Shown here: positions 21,796-34,970 of the stretch, in pieces
How the letters are laid out: each line of letters begins with the position of its first letter
How positions within the stretch are numbered: position 1 is the stretch's first letter
Assembly: GCF_006345805.1 (NCBI RefSeq)
Contig: NC_043015.1
Coordinates: forward strand, 45,818,001 to 45,882,000
Length of the DNA: 64,000 nucleotides
Source: Octopus sinensis
Lineage: Eukaryota
Direction: 5' to 3'
Program-made: the position numbers and the translations under genes
The notes under the pieces: model-generated
Databases searched by the model: none
What the model was told of the DNA's origin: nothing
Seen by the model: only the letters and a program-made list of their open reading frames with translations

Positions 21796-22511
21796 ATATA
21801 TGATGCGTATCTGATGTTGCGTGTGTGTGTATGGTGTATATATATATATATATATCTGTATATATATATATTATATCTGTATATATATGTGTGTGAGTGG
21901 AGAGAGAGAGAGACAAAGAGAGAGAGAGAAAGAGAGAGAGAGAGCAAGGAAATTTTTGGTAATGTGTCACGGAAGACCAGATCATTGGAATTATTTATTC
22001 CCTCCATCCAGCCAATCACCCGACCGTCCATCGATCCATTCATCTTTCTATAACACAATTTTTTTTTTATTTCGTCCGATAACAAAACGTTTTCTTAAAA
22101 AAACAAAACAAAAAAAAAAACAAAAAAAAAAAAAAGGATATTTCCATGTTGGATTATTATAACGAATAAACTCACAAATTTAAGCGAGCTATTTTTAATT
22201 ATCTCAGCTAGCAAAACAGCTCTGATGTCTGACCGTGTTGTCTAACTTCACAGCAAAACTAAATATGATTCGGACTCGTTTCTGCATATGTATTTTATAC
22301 AATATTTTGTTATTAAATATATCTGTATATAACACCTTTGTTGGTTATTATTCTATCTGGTTCCGGTCTCTCAGCCGCGGCCATACTGGGGCATCGCTTC
22401 CAAGGTTTTCGACACTTATATCAAACTCAGGATTTTATCTGTTTTATTATTTGTTTTTTAAAGTATAGTACTCGTTTTATCGAACTGTGTTTGCCGAACT
22501 GCTGAGTTACT

Positions 22512-22739
22512 ACCCACCCCACTACTTCTGTTCGTGATCAGAGATGCACATATCGTCAGCCACTAAGGGACATGCTCAACTGGTTATGGTCAAGCAACTG
22601 ACAAGCAAATCTGTGACATTGAGCAGAATATTTGCTGTAGCCCATCTTTTATACCAAGACAAAACAATGTACATGATAACACTTCCAATCAGTTTAGATC
22701 AGAAGCTACGAGAGCCACTGCCTGGTATTGCATTGGAGC

Positions 22740-22779
<40 letters not shown>

Positions 22780-23320
22780 GAGTGAGAGAGTAGTGCATGC
22801 CATCAAAGTGACACTGGGGTAAAATATACGAAGCCCAGTATAACCATCATGACTACCTGTCTGCTAAGGGTACACCAGGCACATGCATCACAACCATATG
22901 TGCGCGACATGGCGATCCCATATCAAGATAAACAGCGCATGACCTTGCAGGTCATGCCCAATTAGAATTTTCTTCTGATCGAGTAGCCCATCCCGCTCAA
23001 AAGGTCTCTGAATAAGGGTTGTTTAAGGATGTTGAACGAACCACCCATGTTTCCAAAGGTGAATTAGCCAAACATCCAAGAATTCCTTCAACACATGGCT
23101 ATGATGCTCCCCCACTACTTCTGCTCGTGATCAGAGATGCACATATCGTCAGCCACTAAGGGACATGCTCAACTGGTTAAGGTCAAACAACTGACAAGCA
23201 AATCTGTGGTATTGAGCAGAATATTTGCTGTAGCCCATCTTTTATACCAAGACAAAACGTTGTACATGATAACACTTCCAATCATGAGAGCCACTGCCAA
23301 GAGAGCTTCCGGGCATTTAT
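22512..23320 (-). mobile_element. Two tandem pieces of a non-coding TAA-associated retroelement
   Basis: 22515-22690 is repeated at ~23110-23285; the element ends in (AAT)n on the minus strand; family unassigned. Confidence 0.55.
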
Positions 23321-23424
23321 TATTAGGAGGTCCGTTGCAGTCTAGTCTGGATTTAACATTCTCTATCTTAGTCGTCCACGTTCATTCTTATCTTCGTTGA
23401 TCCTATCTTAGAGAATGAGATATG

Positions 23425-23458
<34 letters not shown>

Positions 23459-24169
23459 TTATTATTGTTATTGTTATTATTATTGTTATGTTAATGCTTG
23501 AATGTTGCTACGAATGTTGGTAATGAGATTTTTCGTTCGGGTAATTATTAAAAATTAACCAATTATTGTGACAAGACTGGAATCTCAGTTCTTCACTAAT
23601 TGATATTATCCTCTGCCAACAAAATTAACTTAATTCCCTGTTATACGTGCAAGCGCTCATGTATTTAAAGAAACCTGTATGAATATATATATATATATAT
23701 ATATATATGGATGTATATGTATGTATGTGCGTTTGTATGCATATATATATATATACCTATATATACGCTCATACACACGCACACAAACGTATATATATAT
23801 ATATGTATATACTATATATATATATATATATATATGGATGTATATGTATGTATGTGCGTTTGTATGCATATATATATATATATATACCTATATATACGCT
23901 CATACACACGCACACAAACGTATATATATATATGTATATACGTATATATATTATATAATATATATATATATATATATAATATGTATGTATCTGTCTCTTT
24001 CTCTCTCTGTCCCCCTCTGTCCCCCTTTCTCTCTCTCTATTACATGTATATATATATATATATATATCTTTACTTACCCAATTACATACATAATGCATAA
24101 ATGCACACACATGCGTAGACATGAGTATGCTTATAAATGCACACGCATATAAACATAACTATATCTGTG

Positions 24170-24326
24170 TATTATACATACATACATACATACATACATA
24201 ATACATACATACATACATACATACATACATACATACATACATACATACATACATACACAACATACATGCATACATACATACATGCATACCATGCTACATA
24301 CATACATACATACATACATACATACA

Positions 24327-24360
<34 letters not shown>

Positions 24361-24373
24361 CATACATACATAT

Positions 24374-24404
<31 letters not shown>

Positions 24405-24519
24405 CATACATACATATATACATACATACATATATACATACATACATACATATATACATACATACATATATACATATATACATACATACATATATACATA
24501 CATACATACATACATACAC

Positions 24520-24550
<31 letters not shown>

Positions 24551-24795
24551 TATATACATACATATATACATACATACATGCATACATACATACATACATA
24601 CATTACATGCATACATAATACATACATACATACATACATACATACATACATCTACATACATACATACATACAACCATACATATATACATACATACATATA
24701 TACAATATACATACATACAACATATATATACATCATAATATATACATACATACATATATACATACATACATATATACATACATACATACATACAC

Positions 24796-24826
<31 letters not shown>

Positions 24827-24852
24827 TACATACATATATACATACATACATG

Positions 24853-24886
<34 letters not shown>

Positions 24887-24965
24887 TACATACACACATA
24901 CATACATACATACATACATATATACATACATACATGCATACATACATACATACATACATATATAT
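24170..24965. repeat. (TACA)n degenerate microsatellite
   Basis: Seen directly. Confidence 0.95.
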
Positions 24966-24999
24966 ATAGACGTACATATTTTTGCGCATATATGTATAT

Positions 25000-25230
25000 G
25001 TAAAGGGTCTAATGCTCTTATCTTAGACTTTTTTGGGGCAACCAGATCGAACCATCTCAAGTGTAACTGCCCGAAATGGTCGTGACTTCTGGAACTTGAC
25101 TGAGGAAAGAAAACCACGAATGTCCCGTCTTTTTTTCTTTTGCCTGTCCTTCTAATTGTCCTTCTCCGCCTTTGTATCGTCCATCTGTCCGAATGTTTTA
25201 ATGTCCTCTATTGCGTTTTTGTTCCATTTA
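25000..25230 (+). repeat. Diverged single copy of the ~320-bp repeat at 56440-57295
   Basis: Shares ttagact..tttggg..aaccagat.gaac.atctcaagtgtaac and tttgtatcgtccatctgtc. Confidence 0.75.
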
Positions 25231-25264
25231 TATATATATAAATACATAGATGCATGCATGCATG

Positions 25265-25296
<32 letters not shown>

Positions 25297-25640
25297 ACAC
25301 ACACACACCACACACTATATATATTATATATATGCACGTACATACACACACCATGTATGTATATTAATATATATATATATATATATATATATTTATTATA
25401 TATTATACATACACATACATAATAAGCTACATATATATATGTACATAGATACATATATACGAAATAATATAGTAAAAAAATTTATAAATATGCATATATA
25501 TGTATATACATACATATATGTACGTAGTATGTATGTATGTATGTATGTATGTATGTATGTATATGTGCATATTTGTATGTTTACTTTTATGTATGTATTC
25601 TCATGCATGTAGTTGCATATATAGACATGCTCATATATAT

Positions 25641-25790
25641 TTAAATGATAAACTTTTGTAAAGTTTTACAGATTTTTACTGTTCCAGTGATGGATTGGAT
25701 CTGTAGTCTTTGAATTAGCTTACTCCTATCTGGTTTTGGGATTCCTAATTTCTCAAGAATGGTATTTAGGCAGTGTGTTACGTATCCCAT
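25641..25790 (-). mobile_element. C-terminal fragment of an RLE-type non-LTR retrotransposon
   Basis: Minus strand GYVTHCLNTILEKLGIPKPDRSKLIQRLQIQSITGTVKICKTLQKFII*, resembling the post-endonuclease tail of such elements. Confidence 0.6.
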
Positions 25791-26379
25791 GTAACACACA
25801 CATATGTGTACATCTATAAATGTATGTGTGTGGGCATGTACTTACGCGTGTTGCAGGCGTGCGGTTCTGCCGGCTAGCAACGGTGTACGGACTCAAGTTA
25901 TTCTCAGAAGACGTTTGCAACGACGTCAGCCTTTTCAGAAAGACTACTGCGTACAGGATTTCGGGGGAACAGAAATAGAGACAAACTCGTGTGCGATGAC
26001 GCAGGGGAGGATGAGCTCAGTGTTTGCTGAAACCATCGAGAAGCTGATGATCAGGCGAAGAAGAAAGAAAGAATGAATGAAAGAAACGAAGCGAAAACGA
26101 AGATATACTTAGAAACAGTTATATTAATCGTTAGGAAGCTCTTCAGAGCCAATTTTACTGTCTGCTCGGTGCAGGCAAACTGGTTTAGTCTTTCGGTAGA
26201 GATTATTGGGTCAGAACAGACGCTGACGTAGATTAGTAAGATTGTGATTTCTCCGTATCCCGAATGCTCCACGGAGAATCGGTTTCGCGTTGCGTCTGCT
26301 TTATTCGGCCTTTAGTCGTTTACTTACTTCAGTCGTTGGACTGCGGCCATGTTGGGGCACCGCTTTGAAGGGTTTAGTC

Positions 26380-27373
26380 CAGAGGTTCTCAACCACTTTT
26401 TTTTTAATCTATTATGACGCATTTGTTTTCGTGCGCACACACATACACACAACACAAAATACCTTACTCCATACCCTAAAATAACAGACATGTATAAACG
26501 CACACTTAAACACACAAAACATGCAAAAGCACGTACACGCATCCTATTTTGAATCCGCTATTTTTTCTCTGAGCACCAAACTCGACTACCTCCTATTTCT
26601 GGTCAGTCAATGGCCACTAAAGTGACAAGTTTCACGTTAGCATATCTACCACAAATTATCCATTAATTTTTAAAATCTTCCCCATCTTTCCTTCTCGCTC
26701 TGTCCTCCCCCGCGTCTTCTTATTTTATTCTGGTGGGCCCACCCATAGCCATTCGATGCTTAAAAACTAGTTTTATAGAAACTTCTTTCAAAATTCCTGT
26801 TTTGTTTTTCACATGTTCACTTTTGTAGGGTTGAACTATGTAAAACGATCGAAAGAGAAACCTGGCTGTTTCTTCATATATGTATCTGTGCATGTATACC
26901 TTTGCGCTGGAATACAAATGTTATTCAAAACGGAAATCCCCCATTCCCCCACACACAGATATATATAGGCTGTCCATAAATTACCTTTACAATTTGAGAA
27001 ATTCAGTGAAAAAAACAAAAACAAAGACAAAAAAAGAAACAAACAAACGCAAAACAAAACAAAACAGGATAATTTCAGCAGAGTTTATTGGAAAACATAG
27101 GCAAACAAATAGTTTTATTAGAAACATCAGAACACTTCCGCGTGAGCTCCTTGGTTGCATGCACCCCAATGATTAATATCCTTATCACTTCTTTTTCTGA
27201 ATTTTTCAAATTGTAAAGGTAATTTATGGACGCCCTGTATATACTATATATACATGCACAGATATGCACAGATACATGCATCTAAAGCAAAATTTTTTCA
27301 GGGGCCCTTAAAATACTACTAAAATCTTATATGGGTTCTCAGGGACCATATAGATCCTATTCGAGAACTATTG
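26380..27373. mobile_element. hAT-type non-autonomous element inserted into a family A SINE
   Basis: Termini cagaggttctcaacc / attcgagaactattg; exact 8-bp TSD gtttagtc at 26372-26379 and 27374-27381. Confidence 0.8.
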
Positions 27374-27822
27374 GTTTAGTCGAACGAAGCGATCCTAGTG
27401 GTTAACTTTTAAGTTTGGTACTTATGATATTGTAATCTTTTTTTATCGAACTGCTAGCTTACGGGGACGTAAAGAAACCAATACCGGTTGTCAAGCAGTG
27501 GAAGCGGAAAATACAAACGTGAAGACACACACATACACATGCTCACGCACACACGCATACAAGTTCACATATACGCTCACACATACACACACATATATAC
27601 TCGACAGGCTTCCACATACTTCCCGTCCACCAAATTCACTCACAAAGCGCTGAACAGTCCGCGGCTTAAGTAGAAGACATATGCCGAAGGTGCTGCGCAC
27701 TGGGATTGAACTTGGAAATACGAGGACACAACGCGAGCTTCTAAACCACACAGCTATGCTTGTTTTACAGTGTCACACGACCTGCCAAATCTCCCCTAAA
27801 TAACATTCTACCGTATTATAAA

Positions 27823-28119
27823 TCTTTATATATAAAAGAGAGGTTGTGTGCTGTCTGTCTACTCCGATTTAGATTCCTAACTACTCCCACATTTTGCGGT
27901 GCAGTTTAACCAAACCAGGTATCTTATAGTCGTGATTCATATCGAGCCCTTCTGGGTATTAGCGCGCGTCTACGATGAATCTACGATTTAAAAAATAATT
28001 TACCATCATATTTTTTCCATTTTTAATGCATTTTTTGCTATTTTTTGGCTATAACTCTTTAAAAATGCTTTATAGTTATTTCCCTTACAAACCCGAGCAA
28101 CGCCGGGTGATACTGCTAA
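27823..28119 (+). mobile_element. Non-autonomous Helitron
   Basis: 5' A|TC tttatatataaaag; 3' hairpin acccgagcaacgccgggt (28091-28108) followed by CTAA|T. Confidence 0.75.
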
Positions 28120-28362
28120 TATATATATATACATATATGTAACCCACTATGGGATATCAGTTATCCAATATACTGTTGGTAAAGTACCCAAATTCTTAAT
28201 ACATAAATGTTTTTAATTGCAATGCAATTAATTCATTTATTGTATTAAACGGGTGAAGGTAAAGAAATATTTTGTACCGTAAATTTATAATACAAATAAG
28301 AAAATGGAGAAGCAAATTTGGTTTGTTCATCAACTTACGGATATTATAATGTTGGATTATTT

Positions 28363-28462
28363 NNNNNNNNNNNNNNNNNNNNNNNNNNNNNNNNNNNNNN
28401 NNNNNNNNNNNNNNNNNNNNNNNNNNNNNNNNNNNNNNNNNNNNNNNNNNNNNNNNNNNNNN
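28363..28462. other. Assembly gap (100 N)
   Basis: N run. Confidence 1.
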
Positions 28463-28782
28463 CAAACAACATATTCTTTTACTTTTGGGTTAAAAGAATA
28501 TGGTACAAACCGGAATTTTAAAACAAGTAAAGTTACCTTCTCGAATCATATAGACTCTTAACGAACGGTTTCTGGGTTTCCATGGTGCATATATTCCCCA
28601 CCTGGACAGGACGCCGGTCCACCAATTTTTTTTTTTTCTTACGAGAGTTCCGAACCCAAGTTGCATACAGCCAATCAGAGCTCACCTTGACCTTGTTTTT
28701 CAAACAATGAAAAAACAGAGTACAAGACATACAACACAAGGAATATTCCCCTTCTTCAGTTGTCCCTGTTTCGTCTACTCCG

Positions 28783-29215
28783 TGTTTCAATTATTCGGTA
28801 GCCATGATAAAACTCCGAGTTTTGGATATCATGGCTACCGAATAATTGTCACATATTACATTTACAGATGAATTCCTCTCTTTCTTTCGTTGTCTTACCA
28901 TTTCTATCAATATATATATAAGCAATAATAAATCTCTGAGCGAGATGTAAACAGTAAGCGCTCGACAACGTAAAGTATACTAGCCATCTTAATATGGCTA
29001 ACCACTAGGGGTGGGGCGTGTTACTGTAGCTTTTTAGCCCCAGGAGATCATCGTCTCCAGCTGGCTTTAGAACACAATCCTGTGCGAATATCATTAAAGG
29101 GCACAGGATTGTGTCTAAGCCAGCTGGAGACGATGATCTCCTGGGGCTAAAAAGCTACAGTAATACCCCCCACCCCTAGTGGTTAGCCATATTAAGATGG
29201 CTAGTATATTTTACG

Positions 29216-29249
<34 letters not shown>

Positions 29250-29681
29250 CGTAAAATATACTAGCCATCTTAATATGGCTAACCACTAGGGGTGGGGGGT
29301 ATTACTGTAGCTTTTTAGCCCCAGGAGATCATCGTCTCCAGCTGGCTTTAGACACAATCCTGTGCCCTTTATGATATTCGCACAGGATTGTGTCTAAAGC
29401 CAGCTGGAGACGATGATCTCCTGGGGCTAAAAAGCTACAGTAACACGCCCCACCCCTAGTGGTTAGCCATATTAAGAATGGCTAGTATACTTTACGTTGT
29501 CGAGCGCTTACTGTTTACATCTCGCTCAGAGATTTATTATTGCTTATATATATATTGATAGAAATGGTAAGACAACGAAAGAAAGAGAGGAATTCATCTG
29601 TAAATTAATATGTGACAATTATTCGGTAGCCATGATATCCAAAACTCGGAGTTTTATCATGGCTACCGAATAATTGAAACA
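28783..29681. repeat. ~900-bp nested palindrome centred on (TA)n
   Basis: Arms 28783-29216 and 29249-29681 are reverse complements apart from a few small differences; each arm has internal hairpins. Confidence 0.92.
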
Positions 29682-29695
29682 TATATATATATATA

Positions 29696-29798
29696 TTATA
29701 GAAGGAGCTTCTACAGGACTAGAACTGTTTCATTAAAATGAAATCATTGATTTCATTTGAATGAAACAGTTCTAGTCCTGTAGAAGCTCCTTCTATAA
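29696..29798. repeat. ~100-bp hairpin
   Basis: ttatagaaggagcttctacaggactagaactgtttcatt...aatgaaacagttctagtcctgtagaagctccttctataa. Confidence 0.9.
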
Positions 29799-29872
29799 AA
29801 TAATTAATTTACTCTGCTATGTATTGAGTACCTTATTTACTGTGGTTACCCCCGACTCAACCCGGGACCTAC

Positions 29873-29915
<43 letters not shown>

Positions 29916-30367
29916 AGTGAGTGAGTGAGTGAGCGAGCGACGAGAGAGGATTTACGCATACAAGACAGCAAAATTGTCAAAACAAGCGTGAAAACACAAG
30001 CAAATTGGTCAGATGCGAACAATTTTAAAACAATACAAAAACTTGTAAAGAAGCAATACATATCTCCTCTCCACAAAATTTCCTTGCGGTTTATAGAAGT
30101 AGCGTCGCCGTGATATCTGGTTCCACATCACCGTAATGAATAAAAGTAATATATTAAAGGGAACGAAGGAAGTGAGGATAGTAAGAATCACAGATTCATC
30201 ATTTGAGACGTGTCTGAGATAGCAAGAATTATGAGCATACTGATGGGGTTAAAATAACCTGTTCTTCTTATCCTCGTGAAATTTTGAGTTTCTGTCGGTG
30301 TTCGTATATATGTGTGTGTGTATGTGTGAGTTTGTGTGTGTATGAATGTGTGTGTGTGTGTGTGTGC

Positions 30368-30415
<48 letters not shown>

Positions 30416-30970
30416 ATGCATATCCATATAGACATGCAGAAAACGTACATATGCATGCATATGCATGAATTGTGTGTATGTGTGAGCGTGTGTCTGTGTG
30501 TTTGCGTGTGCGTATGTGTGCGTAAGTGTATGTGTGTGTGTGTGTGTCTGGATGGGATGATGCGTGTGTGTGTGTTTGTGCATGTGTGTATGTTTACGTA
30601 TGTAAATATAGTGAATGTGTGTAATAGATGGAAAAGAGAGAGAGAAAGAGAAAGACAGAGAGAAAGAGAAAGACAGAGAGAAAGAGAAAGACAGAGAGAA
30701 AGAGAGAGCGAGAGAGAGAGAGAGAGAGAGAGCGAAACAGAACGAGAGAAAGACACAGACAGACAGATGCGTATGAATGTAAGTTTCCCAGTATTCAAAT
30801 TTTAGGGAGATTTTGGCTGTTATTACCATCAGGTTAGCCTAACATTTAAAGGTTCCTTTATTGTTCAATGTTAAGTTACCTTGATCCCAAAGGCCTTCCA
30901 TCCATAATATCTGTTACAAACATCACAGTTTTGCTTTGTACAGACAGACATACGTAAGTACACACCCATA

Positions 30971-31121
30971 CCAGAGGGCGCACACTCTCCTACCCTGATG
31001 TAATCTCCAGGGATACAGGCATCCAGCAACAGGACCTCCGTAATGCCATGATGGACCGTGAAGTCTGGCGTAGCATGGTAAATTCCATTGTCTCGACCAC
31101 GGTCGAACAATGATGATGATG
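30971..31121 (+). mobile_element. 5'-truncated RTE-clade LINE 3' end
   Basis: RGRTLSYPDVISRDTGIQQQDLRNAMMDREVWRSMVNSIVSTTVEQ* followed by (TGA)n; 11-bp TSD acacacccata at 30960-30970 and 31122-31132. Confidence 0.85.
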
Positions 31122-31149
31122 ACACACCCATATGCATGCATATGTACAC

Positions 31150-31186
31150 CACGACGGCGACGATGGCGACAATGATGGTGATGATA

Positions 31187-31235
<49 letters not shown>

Positions 31236-31236
31236 C

Positions 31237-31285
<49 letters not shown>

Positions 31286-31315
31286 GTGATGACGATGGTG
31301 ATGTGATGATGGTGG

Positions 31316-31362
<47 letters not shown>

Positions 31363-31474
31363 GTGATGATGGTGATGATGAAGATGATGGTGATGATGTG
31401 ATGATGATGATGATGATGATGATAATGGTGATGATGATGATGATGACGATGATGACGATGATGACGATGATGAC

Positions 31475-31511
<37 letters not shown>

Positions 31512-31650
31512 GTGATGATGGTGATGATGGTGATGATGAAGATAATGGTGATGATGATGATGATGATGACGATGATGACGATGATGACGGTGCTGACGAT
31601 GATGAAGATGATGATGATGAAGATGGTGATGATGGTGATGATGATGATTG
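31150..31650. repeat. (GAT)n degenerate microsatellite
   Basis: Seen directly. Confidence 0.95.
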
Positions 31651-31769
31651 ATCTTTTACTAGTTTCAGTCATTAGACTGCGGCCATGCTGGGGCACTGCC
31701 TTGAAGAATTTATAGTCGAATGTATCGACCCCAGTACTCTTTTTTTTTTTTTGAAGTCTGGTACTTATT

Positions 31770-32196
31770 TTTATTTCTTTATTGCCCACAAGGGGCTAAA
31801 TTTAGAGGGGACAGACAACGACAAACAATCGGATCAAATCGATTACATCGACCCTAGTGCGCAACTGGTACTTAATTTATCGACCCCGAAAGGATAAAAA
31901 GCAAAGTCGACCTCGACGGAATTTGAACTCAGAACGTAACAGCAGACGAAATACCTATTTCTTTACTACCCACAAGGGGCAAAACACAGAGAGGACAAAC
32001 AAGGACAGATAGACGGATTAAGTCGATTATATCGACCTCAGTGCGTAACTGGTACTAATACTAAATTTATCGACCCCGAAAGGATGAAAGGCAAAGTCGA
32101 CCTCAGCGGAATTTGAACTCAGAACGTAACGGCAGATGAAATACCACTAAGCATTTCGCCCGGCGTGCTAAAGTTTCTGCCAGCTCGCCGCCTTAA
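31770..32196 (-). mobile_element. SINE family B dimer nested in a family A SINE (31650-32490)
   Basis: Junction gacgaaatacc|tatttc near 31956; acttatt on both flanks. Confidence 0.8.
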
Positions 32197-32803
32197 ACTT
32201 ATTCTATCGAATGTGCGTTTATGCCCCCGCTAAGTTAAGGGGAAATAAACACACCCAAACTGGTTGTAGAGCGGTGGAGGGGTGGGACGAACACAGATAC
32301 ATATACATAAATATATACATACATCCATATATACGACGAGCTTCTTTCGGTTTCCGTCTACCAAATCCGCTCGCAAGGCTGTGGTTGGCCCGAGGCTATA
32401 GTAGAAGACACTTGCTCAAGGTGCCACGTAGTGAGACTCAACATGGAACCATGTGGTTAGCTTCTTAACACACAGCCACGCTTGCGCCTACATATACATA
32501 TACATATATGTTTGCATACATATCATACATGCATACATACATATAGACAGACATACAGACATACGTACACACGTATATGCATACATACAAGCATATATAC
32601 ATACTGACAGACAGCTAGACATGAACACACACATACACATATGAAGTTATAAGGTCTCAAATTTCTGAAACGTGCAAATAGCCGGAATGATGTTCGTGCA
32701 CAGGCACCACACACACTGTCACTCACATTCTCTGTCTCTCTAACTCTCCCTCTTCGTCTGTCTGTCTCTCTCTCTCTCCCTCTTTCTCTCACATATACAT
32801 GCA

Positions 32804-33042
32804 CATATCTGTCGGGCATGTGGAAGAGAGTGTAATTCGGCAGGAGGACTTAAACGACATGCAAAGGTACATGAAGCCCAGTTACAACTACAGCCGGCTA
32901 TTACCGGTAAAGGTTTTAGTTGCCAATTTTGTACAAGACATTGTAGATCTTTAGCTGGGCTAAAAAGTCACATTCGATCACAGCACCAGTAAGAGTTAAG
33001 CTTCGTGCAATGGCCATACTCGATAACGAGGGGGCAGCCATA
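32804..33042 (+). mobile_element. RTE (BovB-like) LINE 3' end with two C2H2 zinc fingers
   Basis: HICRACGRECNSAGGLKRHAKVH...SCQFCTRHCRSLAGLKSHIRSQHQ* (stop 32990-32992), then a short tail tggccatactcgataacgagggggcagccat. Confidence 0.75.
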
Positions 33043-33100
<58 letters not shown>

Positions 33101-34020
33101 TGTGTGTTGCGGTGTGTGTGTGTATGTATATATGTATGTATGTATGTATTTATGTATGTATGTATTTATGTATGTATGTATGTATGTATTTATGTATGTA
33201 TGCATGTATGTATGTATATTTGTGTGTGTGTGTGTGTGTTTGGCTCCCATCATCGCTTGACTATCGATGTTGGTGTGTTTACGTCCCTGTAACTTAGCAA
33301 TTCGGCAAAAGGGACCGATAGAGTAAATACTAGGCTTACAAAGAACAAGTCCTGGGGTCGATTTGATCGACTAAAGGCAGTACTCCAGCATGGCCACAGT
33401 CAATTGACCTGAAACAAGTAAAAGAGTAAAAGAATATAAAAAATGTAACAGGTTTTTTAAAAATTTTTTTCTTTTCTTTCGAACATCGCATGGTTATAGA
33501 GGTCAACTCGGGTGAAATAGGAATCAAAAGGTTCCATAGGCAAAAAAAATGGTTAAGAAATTCTGATGCAGACGATGGCTGTAACGACGAAGACATCAGA
33601 GACGTCAACGATGGCTACGATGGCGACGGCTACTACTTCGTACATGCAGACTTAACGAAATTTGACTTGGACTGCGAAAGGGTGGGGAAGGTAAGAGTTT
33701 AAAGAGAAGATGACAACAGAGAAGAAATATGGCGGCGGTGAAAAAGCAAAAATTAACGAAGTGGGTAAAACCAGACGACGTTAGGGTAGAAATGTGAAGG
33801 AGGAAAGCGAGGGATGCTGAAAGTAAAAAGAAATGAGAGAAGAATGTTGGGTGAGAGGATGAGGAAGACGTGGGAGCAAGGACATGGCGCTTCGGCATGA
33901 AATGTCTGGGAAAACAGTCTTTGAGGTTTCAGGTTTCTTCTTTGTTTAACGTTGCTCTCAGAGTTCAGTTCAACGAATTTCAATGTGGATATATATAATA
34001 TATATATATATATACATATA

Positions 34021-34053
<33 letters not shown>

Positions 34054-34102
34054 TGTGTGTGTGCGTGTTTGTGTGTATTTATATATACATACATTTTATA
34101 TG

Positions 34103-34184
<82 letters not shown>

Positions 34185-34304
34185 GAAGAAATAGATATAT
34201 AGACCGATATCTATACATGCACACACACATAATATTTATATATATATACATATAAAATTATATACATATGTATATGTATTTATGTATATATACATATTAC
34301 TGTT

Positions 34305-34377
<73 letters not shown>

Positions 34378-34427
34378 CTCTTGTTTCAGTCATTTGACTG
34401 TAGCCATACTGGAGCGCCGCCTTATGT

Positions 34428-34525
34428 CGCAGTCTAATGACTGAAACTAGTAAAAGATCAATCATCGTCATCATCATCATCATCATCGTCGTCATCATCA
34501 TCATCATCGTCATCATCGTCGTCAC

Positions 34526-34603
<78 letters not shown>

Positions 34604-34970
34604 TGTCGCCATCGTCGCCGTCGTGGTGTACATATGCATGTATATGGGTGTGTCATCATCATCATTGTTCGACCGTGGTCGAGACAATGGAATTTACGGT
34701 CCATCATGGCATTACGGAGGTCCTGTTGCTGGATGCCTGTATCCCTGGAGATTACATCAGGGTAGGAGAGTGTGCGCCCTCTGGTATGGGTGTGTACTTA
34801 CGTATGTCTGTCTGTACAAAGCAAAACTGTGATGTTTGTAACAGATATTATGGATGGAAGGCCTTTGGGATCAAGGTAACTTAACATTGAACAATAAAAG
34901 AACCTTTAAATGTTAGGCTAACCTGATGGTAATAACAGCCAAATCTCCCTAAAATTTGAATACTGGGAAA
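34428..34970 (-). repeat. Inverted duplicate of 30784-31681
   Basis: Includes the same RTE insertion and TSD, with a 20-bp deletion and a shorter GAT tract. Confidence 0.92.

Noticed and set aside
24131-25117. ORFs of 267-328 aa
   Set aside because: (TACA)n microsatellite translations.
28741-28790. Minus-strand CTGAAGA followed by a hairpin (hammerhead candidate)
   Set aside because: Stem II is not followed by GAAA and no stems I/III can be formed.
30923-31789. Poly-His/Ile/Ser/Asp/Met ORFs and the duplicated 93-aa ORF (30871..31152, 34603..34884)
   Set aside because: These are the GAT microsatellite and the antisense frame of an RTE fragment within an inverted duplication.
33490-33702. 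Acidic 70-aa ORF ending at aag|gtaaga
   Set aside because: Looks like a decayed GAT/GAC repeat; no acceptor and no recognisable domain.
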